From contig OX597822.1 of assembly GCA_951406725.2 (NCBI GenBank), forward strand, positions 35,030,001-35,094,000: a stretch of 64,000 nucleotides of DNA, written 5' to 3'. The stretch comes from Octopus vulgaris. Its lineage: Eukaryota. Below the pieces are notes generated by a model that ran no database searches, had not been told where the DNA came from, and saw only the letters and a list, made by a program, of their open reading frames with translations. Shown one piece after another: positions 54,334 to 64,000 of this stretch. Numbering within the stretch: the stretch's first letter is position 1; the number at the start of each line of letters is the position of its first letter. Position numbers and translations under genes: made by a program.

Positions 54334-54634
54334 CATATATATATACACATATATTAAAAAAAGTACCAATCGAGCACTGGAAGTCGATGTAATCGACTGA
54401 ACCCTTCCTCCGAAATTGCTGGCCTTGTGCCAAAATATGCAAAGAATAGCCCTCAGCCTGCATTTGCTATCTATTTTTCAGCCTGAACTTCCACAGAGGC
54501 TAAACTCGTTGTCCGAGTAGCTGTTTGATTGGATATTACTAATCTCGCTCGTATCGATGACGTAATCAATATTGCCTTGAGCCCATTTAGTGTTTGTAAA
54601 GGAGGGTGTGTGTGTGTTTGTGTGTTTATGTGTA

Positions 54635-54671
<37 letters not shown>

Positions 54672-54983
54672 TAGTGTATGTATAGTGTATATATTCTTCC
54701 GACGAGGGTGCCATGATCTTGACTAACGGATCCATATGAATTTGCGTTATTTTGTGCCTACGATATTATCTGTGTTTATTATAATATGGACTTGTGTGTT
54801 ACGGCATAAGACATTGTTCGCCGGAAACAGCTGTCAGGGTGAAACTATTGCATAACGCATCAAAGTTTTATTCTCTTTATTCCATACTCTGTATTTTGTA
54901 TTCAATATTAATATACTCATAAAGCCTATTTGTGTTTATATGCCTTTTTGCATACACATTTGTGGGTGGGTGGTGGAATTTGC

Positions 54984-55025
<42 letters not shown>

Positions 55026-55030
<5 letters not shown>

Positions 55031-56134
55031 ATGCACCCAATGTAAGTTATGGACACATAAGAGATGCAGCAACATTAAAGGGAAATTAACAGATAAGATA
55101 GCTTTCATGTGCGGCAGATGCACAGGGACAATAGACACAACAGACACTCAGAAAACAGATTCCATCACACTCCAGGGAGAGAAACTAGAAGTAGTTGATA
55201 GTTTCCGCTACCTGGGTGACCAAGTTAGTAGCGGAGGTGGATGCGCAGAGAGTATCACCACTAGAATACGAATAGCCTGGGCAAAGTTCAGAAAGCTCCT
55301 ACCCCTACTGGCAACAAAAGGTCTCTCCCTCAGAGCGAAAGGTAGATTGTATGATGCATGCGTGCGAACTGCCATGCTTCACGGTAATGAAACATGGGCA
55401 GTGACTGCAGAGGACATGCGGAGACTTGAAAGAAATGAAGCTAGCATGATCCGCTGGATGTGTAGTGTCAGTGTGCACGCAAGACAGAGTGTAAGCATCC
55501 TAAGAGAAATGCTGGATATAAGAAGCATCAGATGTGGTGTGCAAGAGCGACGCTTGCGATGGTATGGTCATGTGCTGCGGATGGATGAAGAGAGATGTGT
55601 GAAGAAGTGCCACTCCCAAACAGTTGAAGGTATCAGGGGGAGAGGTAGACCCAGGAAGACATGGGATGAGGTAGTCAAGCATGACCTCAGAGCATTGGGC
55701 CTCCCTGAGGCAATGGCGAAAGACCGAGATCTCTGGAGATATGCTGTGACTGCAAAGACCCGGGCTGCTTTCTGCAGCAATTCCACATACCCCCTACCCA
55801 TTCAAAGTACCCCGGATCCCCAAAGTACCCCAGATCCCCAAAGTACCCTGGATCCCCAAAGTACCCCGGACCCAGTTGCCCCCGTGCCGCTGGCACGTTA
55901 AAAGCTCGAACCGATCGCGACCAATGCCGGACCCCCCGGCCCCTGTGCAGGTGGCACGTAAAAAGCACCCAATCCACTCACGGAGTGGTTGGCGTTAGGA
56001 AGGGCATCCAGCCGTAGAAACTCTGCCAAATCAGACTGGAGCCTGGAGCGGCCCCTGGCTTCCCAGACCCCGGTCAAACCGTCCAACCCGTGCTAGCGCG
56101 GAAAACGGACGTTAAACGATGATGATGATGATGA

Positions 56135-56138
<4 letters not shown>
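55026..56138 (+). mobile_element. 5'-truncated RTE-clade LINE with open C-terminal ORF (to 55901) and (GAT)n tail
   Basis: CTQCKLWTHKRC..CGRC, VDSFRYLG, RIRIAWAKF, RRLRWYGHVLRM, RGRGRPRKTW; 3' UTR TGGCGTTAGGAAGGGCATCCAGCCG; GAT repeats at 56118-56138; TA tracts on both sides. Confidence 0.93.
55803..55873 (+). repeat. 18-bp minisatellite x4
   Basis: CAAAGTACCCCGGATCCC units, translated QSTPDP. Confidence 0.92.
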
Positions 56139-56171
<33 letters not shown>

Positions 56172-57183
56172 TATGTACATATCAAGGCTTATATACATGC
56201 ACAAAAACATTTTTGTATATGAATGTCTTTGTGTGTGTATATACATATATATGCGTGTTTTGTGTATACGTATGTATACGTATGTGTGTAAACATATATT
56301 CATATGTATAAATAAGTGTGTGATTGTGCGTAGGTCTTAAATGTACACATGTAGTTTAGTTTAACTTAAATGCTTACAGACAAACTTTTATTTCTCCACA
56401 AATAAATCTAGTCGTTTTTATAAAATATTACATGACATTTCAATACATACTTATTTTGTGGAAATGACTGACTTATACACATTGCTATATATACGATGGT
56501 TACATATACATATATGATGGTTGAGGTATTTTCAATTATTTGATCGGTTTATTGAAAGTTGAAGTAAAGTTAGAGTATTTTTTGTATATGAAAACCAAGG
56601 TTGTATCCAGAAAAACCGTAGAAAACATGCATAATGAAATTAGATTATAAAGTTTACTTCATGATAATTTTATTGCTGAGTTCAAAAAACTAGTTTCTTT
56701 ATGGAAAGAATTTAGCATAAACATGTTTATGCTAAGCAGGTAGGATTCCGGTTATCACCTGTTTTATTCATAGTATTTGCTTTTTTTTATATATTCTTTA
56801 GTGCCTCAGCAACAAGGTTTTACATGAATAAGTTGATTGGAAAATGTTTAAGATGGCTTTTGAAGGAAAATATTGAGTTTATTCAAAAGTAGTGATGAAG
56901 CTATTTACATGGACAGACAAAGGTAATTGAATGATGAAAGCATTTCTCTGTTCTTTTCATATCTAAAAGTAATCTTACGGCGCATTAACTCACAATTACT
57001 TGACAACAAATAAACCATCGTATGTTTTTTCAACATCAGTCAACCATTGTAAACTGACGTTACTTCATGTAAATGTAACCTAAATTTTAGTTGGTTTAAC
57101 TACCAAATTGACTATTTTATACTCAAATCTCATCATATCATTCAAACCATTAATGCCTATATTTTACGCTCAGTACTTCATAA

Positions 57184-57368
57184 CAATGCTCCGCAACATT
57201 TTTTCACTTGCGGTACACTTATATTCTTTTCAAAATTCGGCGGCACACCGGATCTAAAGAGATAGCTAAATGTATAAGAGAAAAATTATATTCAGATTTA
57301 TCTGCGGCACGCCTAGCATCGTCTCGTGGCACACCAGTGTGCTGCGGCATACTGGTTGCGGAGCACTG
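57184..57368. mobile_element. Charlie-like hAT MITE (185 bp)
   Basis: TIRs CAATGCTCCGCAAC / GTTGCGGAGCACTG; 8-bp TSD CTTCATAA/CTTTATAG; internal GCGGCACAC-like repeats. Confidence 0.8.
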
Positions 57369-57719
57369 CTTTATAGTACAATTCAGGGGGGGGGGGAAGG
57401 ATGTAAAGCAATTCCTGTAAAATGTTATACAAAATCCTTTTCGGCATACTCTATTTTCGACAATAATTCGTAAACAACCATTTTCGGTAAATCACTTTTT
57501 TTTTTTGTGACAACAAAGACACGTTATTCTGGTTTCTTTCTCTGGTAGGTTTTAAGACAAATTTTCTTATTTAATTATTTTGTCATAAACAATATGTAGT
57601 ATAATAATAGTTAATTGAGCTGATGACATATTATCAGTGATACCACCAAGACAAACAGGTAAAAAAAATACAGGTATATATACATCCCCCATTTTCTCTG
57701 CCTGCTATAAATACGAGGA

Positions 57720-57932
57720 TCAGAGGCGGGATAGTCCTCAGTCATCATTTACATACGATCACAGCTCTGGTATTACGGACATGTGATTGAAATGTCGTAG
57801 GAGAGAATCGCAAGACGGATTCTTCAAGCCAAGACGATCGACAAGATACTTAGGAATGGACCAAGAACGATAGTTGGATAATATCGATAGTGGTCTCAGC
57901 TGGCCACGCTTGGGAACCCAGCCGGAAATTGG
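57720..57932 (+). pseudogene. Degenerate RTE (Expander/Rex3-like) C-terminal fragment
   Basis: RSQLWYYGHVIEMS*ERIARRILQAK..GPRT..LSWPRLG. Confidence 0.7.
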
Positions 57933-57934
57933 AC

Positions 57935-58007
<73 letters not shown>

Positions 58008-58009
<2 letters not shown>

Positions 58010-58165
58010 CGACGGGATTCTTTTAGTTTCCGTCAACCAAATTCACTCACAAGGCTTCGATTGGCCTGAGGCAATAGTAGGAGACACTCACTCAAGATGC
58101 CACGCAGTGGGACTGAACTCGGAACCATGTGGTTGGAAAGCAAGCTTCTTGCCACAGAACCACAC
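58008..58165 (-). mobile_element. SINE family B 5' half ending in (GATA)n
   Basis: Reverse complement of the family B head up to the internal microsatellite position. Confidence 0.8.
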
Positions 58166-59574
58166 TTGCAAATCTAACATAATTTGAAATATTTCGCGCC
58201 AAACCCCGAAACTTGTCATTAAGCCACGGAGTCATTTGTTTCCGCTGTTGAACTCCATAGCTGTTTTTTTCTTCTCGGTTCCATGAGTGACACCCCTGGC
58301 GTATTTGCTGCTAAAATTTTGTGATTGTGGTTGGATTCAGAAATTTTGTCCAAGTTGATCAGAATAGGAATGGTGCCTCCGAACTTTAACATTCTATGTT
58401 ATCCTCTAGTTTTTCTAGAGCATGAAGCCGATTCTGTAAGAATGGCAAAGTTTTGTTCTCTACATCAGAAAAAAAAAAAAAAACTTCCAGAAATAACTTC
58501 GCTTGAATAAACAGTGGTGACGTCTTGGTGACGTCTGCTTCTTCGGCCGATACAAACTGTAAAATATACGCGCACACTCTCAAGCACACACACACACAAG
58601 CACACAAGCGCACGCGCGCACACACACACACACGCACAAGCATACACCTTCCTATACACACAAACAAATACACAGAAAGCACATTTTCGAAGTATATACA
58701 ATGTATAAGAAATGGCAACGAACTGTATCTTTTATTAATCTTACATATAAAACCAGATATTTTCCATTCAATATTATATAATCCGAAGATAACAACGCTT
58801 TGAATTTCAACAATATATCCTTGATATATACCCAAAACTCTGAAATCCAAGTGTATACAATATGTAATAAATATATTCCATTTCAATGAAAAATTCGTAT
58901 TGTTTTGTATATCACAGGCATGATGTAAGCAGCTTATAGTGGATAAATTAGCAAGAATTAAGTTTCAATTCGTCCATGAGGCATAACATTCGAAATTTCC
59001 TTCTTCTCAGATAATATCTTGTTCAGGAAAAAGAAATAGCGTGTATACAGATAGAACAAAGAACGGAAGAAAGAATATTCATCACCTTTACCCTCGCTCT
59101 ATTTCTCTTTATCCCTTTCTCGCTTTCTCTGCACACTTTCGCTCTTTTCTTTCCTCACTTTGTTCCATTCTCCTTCGGGAAGTTGCTAAAATATACTCTA
59201 TCCAATATAAACAGGATGTGGCTTTCATTCTGAAGTTAGATTTTTTTATGACCGTAAAGTAAGTAACAGCTCTCTTTATCGACGTAGATATATGGAGAAA
59301 TGCAATCAACGCCTGCTGTAGATTGTAATACCTCATTCCAGGATCACGTGACAAACACCAAACGAAGGTGGAACAAGAATCACTTAAAATGTCATTACTT
59401 ATGGTTTAACAGTTCAACGCCAATATATATTCGGATATTTCCATTCAATCTGTTTTCCTTTAGTTATAATTGCGTCAGTCATTGGACTTCCTGGAGCACA
59501 GTACTGCTTTTAAGGATTTATAGTGGATTATATCGGCACTAGTTATGAAAGAAGATTTTTCGTTTATTAGGTAT

Positions 59575-60478
59575 GGCAACGTGGTTATGTGGTTACGAAG
59601 ATCACTTTGTAACCACGTGGTTTCGTATTCAATTCCACTGCGCGGCACCTTGGGTAAGTGTCTTCTACTATAACGCTAAGTCGACCAAAGCCTTATAAGT
59701 GGATTTGGTAGACGGAGACTAAAAGAAGCGGAAACTAGAAGAACTATAAAGCGGCGAGCTGGCAGAAACGTCAGTGCGCCGGGCAAAATGCTTAGCGGTA
59801 TTTCGTCTGCCGCTACGTTCTGAGTTCAAATTCCGCCAAGGTCGACTTTGCCTTTACATCCTTTCGGGGCCGAAAAATTAAGTACCAGTTACGCACTGGG
59901 GTCGATGAAATCGACATAATCCCTTTGTCTGTCCATGTTTGTCCCATCTATGTTTAGCCCATTGTGGGCAATAAAGGAATAGGAAATTAAAAGAAGCCTG
60001 TTGTACACCCCCCATATGTGTGTGTGTGTGCGCGTGCCTGTTTGTGTGTGTGTATGTGTCTGTATCTGTGTGTTTGTGTGTGTCCTCCCCACCGCTTGAT
60101 AATCGCTGTTGGTATGTTAACGACCCCGAAACTTAGCGTTCAGCGAAAGATTCTTCAGCCAATAAGCGATAATGTAAGACAGAAAGTGTGTAGAAATCTG
60201 TTGTATATAAGAACATGCGTGCATGTGTCTACCTTTGTCTGTGTGGGGGAAGGGGTGAGAGAGATAGAGAGGCATTGTGTGTGTGTGTCATTGCATTTGT
60301 GTTTGATTTTCCAACGTTTGACAGTATGTTGTTGTGCATTCGGCGTCGTCCACGAAAAGACTCTAAGAGAATAATTGGTCAGACTTAATCTAAGCAACGG
60401 AGTTTATTTGTGTGATTGTCCTACAGGACTGTCCTCCAGAATAGTCGCAGTCCAGTGATAGAAACAAGTAAAAAGATG
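59575..60478 (+). mobile_element. SINE family B with nested SINE A (59750-59982) and a second insertion
   Basis: B head at 59575-59730, SINE A monomer, B body resumes ~59983-60150, B-like tail at 60434-60478; GGAAACTGAAAGAAGC-like word repeated around the insert. Confidence 0.78.
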
Positions 60479-60813
60479 GAGCATGGTCGAATGATTAAGA
60501 AATTCCGGCAAACATCAGTAGGACCTTGATATGTTCTCTTTGTGTGGGATAAACAGCCACTGATGAGGTGGTTTATTTGCATCAGATATTCAAATTTCAC
60601 TAGGTAGCGGCATGTGGCTATTTCTAAGACGCTGTACAAAACTATTTTAAACCGTTTGCAAAAAATACACAAACATTATATATATATATATATATATATA
60701 ATGTCCTTTAAATTTTGTATGTAAAAATATTTTAATCTTCGGATTTTTCTAATATGCTAGGCCACTGGTTTTAATTGATTAATATCAATTTCTACCCTTA
60801 TTAAATTTTATAC

Positions 60814-60853
<40 letters not shown>

Positions 60854-60861
60854 CTTTTGTT

Positions 60862-60974
60862 TAAGTCAAGTTTTGTTCAAGTAGTGAGTTCTTGTTGGGT
60901 GAGTTGTATCCAATTATGGGTGGCTTATCTGGTATTCTTTGAAGGAATCTATCCAGACTCCGTTTAAAGTTGAT
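60862..60974 (-). mobile_element. Short 3' fragment of the LINE family at 39222-40680
   Basis: [33 protein letters not shown], nearly identical to the 39291 ORF C-terminus; between microsatellites. Confidence 0.9.
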
Positions 60975-60975
60975 G

Positions 60976-61083
<108 letters not shown>

Positions 61084-61316
61084 ATAGGGTTGGACACAAG
61101 TCACCTGATAGTAAATCAAAACCATTTAATTCCAAGATTTGTTTATGTTTAACAACTGAATGAATTTAATAAAAGTATCTAAATGTGAAACATCATGAAA
61201 ATTGTTCAAAGTGAGGTCCTTCTTGAGCCACACATTTCCCCATTCGATCCAATACAGAATTACAGATACTATTTATGGAATTTTGATTTACTGTCGGCTG
61301 ACTTTTGGCCAGAACC

Positions 61317-61374
<58 letters not shown>

Positions 61375-61515
61375 CAATAATAATAAAGGGTAAAATTAAT
61401 TAATTAGTAATTAATAATTCCACCAAGTAGTATTCCGCATGTCAAAAGGACCATTTTCGGTAGACTTAAACAATATTTTTTTTATAATTATGATTATAAT
61501 TATAATAATGATTTT

Positions 61516-62010
61516 AATTATAATTAGGGTTCAGCAAAAAATTTGCTTAACCACATACCGAACTTTAGAAATATCAGTCAAAAACTTCGGTATTTCTTCT
61601 ACTATAAGAAGCAACTCCCAGAAAACATATACTCAATACAACCTACGTAGACATAGAGTCGATTATATCGACCCCAGTGCGTAACTGGTACTTATTTAAG
61701 CGACCCTGAAAGGATGAAAGGGAAAGTCGACCTCGGCGGAATTTGAACTCAGAACGTAGCGGCAGACGAAACACCTATTTGTTTACTACCCACAAGGGTC
61801 TAAACACAGAGAGGACAAACAAGGACAGACAAACGCATTAAGTCGATTATACCAACCCCAATGCGTAACTATGTCAATGTAGGTTGTTTTGAGTATATGT
61901 TGTCTGGGAGTTGCTTCTTACAGTAGAAGAAATGGCTAAGTATTTTTGGCTGCTATTCTAAAGTTCGGTATGTGGTTAAGCACATTTTTTGCTGAACCCT
62001 AATTATAATT
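61516..62010. repeat. Fold-back with ~140-bp arms (61516-61656, 61869-62010) enclosing a SINE A dimer-junction fragment (minus)
   Basis: AATTAGGGTTCAGCAAAAA..GCTTAACCACATACCGAACTTTAGAA..AAGAAGCAACTCCCAGA and its reverse complement. Confidence 0.92.
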
Positions 62011-62016
62011 ATACTC

Positions 62017-62093
<77 letters not shown>

Positions 62094-62814
62094 ATATATA
62101 TATATACTTTATTTAAAACTCAGAGTAACAGGTTTTGTTGAATTGTCTGCTGCTTTAAATAAAGCATATTACTCTACCACTGGTATTTGAGTACTCTTTT
62201 TTCCACCTTGTTTCACATTTACTCCGGTATATATATAAACACTCAGAGACACACACATGCACTACGCGCGCGCGCACACACACACACACACACGTGTATA
62301 TATATACATAAGACGTTTTGTCGCAGTACCTCGTAAAATTTGAATATCTGAACCGACTAACCAGAAGTGATATATCCATCACAAAGAGAATATATTAGGG
62401 ACCTACTGATGTTTGCAGCGAGTTTTAAGAAAACCATAATGAATAATGAATGAAAGAAGAAATCAAATGCATATCCAATTGCTATGATAATCTTCGACAC
62501 TATCCAGTGTCATCTGACAATATTCCCAAGTCATTAACGAATCATGAGATCTATGGCATTCATGCAAGAAAGTGTTTTATATATTCAGGTGCAGTAACCG
62601 ATCTTAAAAGCAACAGTAACTGATGGCTTGGATAATAACATGGAAAATATTATGAGTACAATTGAATAATTAAAATAGATACAATTAATTCTAATGCCCT
62701 TGAGTGGAATACGATTATGATATTTGTTGGTTTCTTTTAGGTCGAGGAAGAAATATCGTCCGAGTTATAGGAAACAACTGCTACGTTACGCTTCTTAATA
62801 ATCGTTTTATTCAA

Positions 62815-63410
62815 GGCGGCGAGCTGGCAGAAACGTTAGCACGCCGGGCGAAATGCTTAGCGGTGTTTCGTCTGCCGCTACGTCCTGAGTTCAAATTCCG
62901 CCGAGGTCGACTTTGCCTTTCATCCTTTCGGGGTCGATTAAATAAGCACCAGTTACGCACTGGTGTCGATATAATCGACTTAATCCGTTTGTCTGTCCTT
63001 GTTTGTCCTCTCTGTGTTTAGCCCCTTGTGGGTAGTAAAGAAATAGGTATTTCGTCTGTCTTTACGTTCTGAGTTCAAATTCCGCCGAGGTCGACTTTGC
63101 CTTTCTTCCTTTCGGGGTCGATAAATTAAGAACCAGTTACGCACTGGAGTCGATGTAATCGACTTAATCCCTTTGTCTGTCCTTGTGTTTCCCCTCTATA
63201 TGTGGGTAGTAACGTTAGCAAGCCGGGCGAAATGTTTAGCGGTATTTCGTCTGTCATTACGTTCTGCGTTCAAATTCCGCCAAGGTCGACGTTGCATTTC
63301 ATCCTTTTGGGATCGATAAATTAAATACCAGTTGCGTACTCGGGTCGATCTAGTCGACAGGCCCCTCCCCCACAAAAATAATTTCGGGCTTTGTGCCTAG
63401 AATAGAAAAG
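62815..63410 (+). mobile_element. SINE family A chimeric trimer
   Basis: Three tandem units; 18-bp TSD AATAATCGTTTTATTCAA / AATAATCGTTATATTCAA. Confidence 0.92.
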
Positions 63411-64000
63411 AATAATCGTTATATTCAATATAAAGTTCAATACTTTGTTACTCATTTACTCTTATTTGTTTCAGCTCGTGAGCTCTGGCCACGGTTGACC
63501 ATCGTCTTTGGCTTTGCTACATTTTCATTAATCCCCCTCTTATAGTTGTCTCTTAGTAAATGAGACACTTTGATGTTGTCCTTGTTTGATTTTCCTGGCT
63601 GAATTTAGCTCATCCGAAACTTTTGACAGTATAAGATCCTGTCTCACTTTCAAAACATGTACATCCACCCCATTTAGATCTCTCGAGGCTTTCGGGAGGA
63701 TTTTGAAAACCCGTGAGCCCTTGAATCTCTAAAAATGTCAGTGTATGTTCTTGAATTTTGGTGGCAACGGTGGAATCTTTAGCACAATGTGGTGACGCCC
63801 TCTCCTAATATATCTAAAATGATGGATTCCCGATGTTAAAGTTTTTTTCATAAACATGTGTTTAATACCTATTTCATAAAGGATTTATTGTTTAAAATAC
63901 GCTGCATACCAATACAACATTGATGCATTGTTCTACTAATTCTATATTAATATGTTATTGAAGTCACTGTTTTGTTTTTCAGAGTACACTGTCATCACAA

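Noticed and set aside
60550-60580. CTGATGA in a small hairpin (hammerhead or C-box candidate)
   Set aside because: No stem II plus GAAA downstream, and the inverted homologue at 62327-62416 lacks the word.

Overview
AT-rich eukaryotic genomic DNA, very dense in microsatellites and repeats. The SINE families look like octopus/coleoid cephalopod ones (inferred from pattern recognition, not from a database search). I can support no host protein-coding exon, rRNA, functional tRNA or CRISPR array, so the window is probably intronic or intergenic. Nearly all ORFs in the track are translations of (TA)n/(CA)n/(GATA)n repeats or of SINEs. Contents: about 20 tRNA-derived SINE copies from at least four families (family A also as TSD-flanked dimer and trimer; family B carrying an internal microsatellite); truncated CR1-group and RTE LINEs, one RTE with a PHD-like zinc finger; degenerate Penelope-like (PLE) RT and GIY-YIG fragments; two mariner relics; a Merlin-like long-TIR element; and a Charlie-like hAT MITE. 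The most interesting observations are non-coding: three minimal hammerhead-ribozyme-like motifs in PLE-type terminal repeats (6851, 8494, 51945), a strongly folding multibranch element (10183-10329) with hammerhead core words in its junctions, a series of fold-back/inverted duplications abutting (TA)n tracts, SINE multimers sharing one junction, and a telomere-repeat patch inside a mariner ORF. All alignments, translations and folds were done by eye, so boundaries are approximate.
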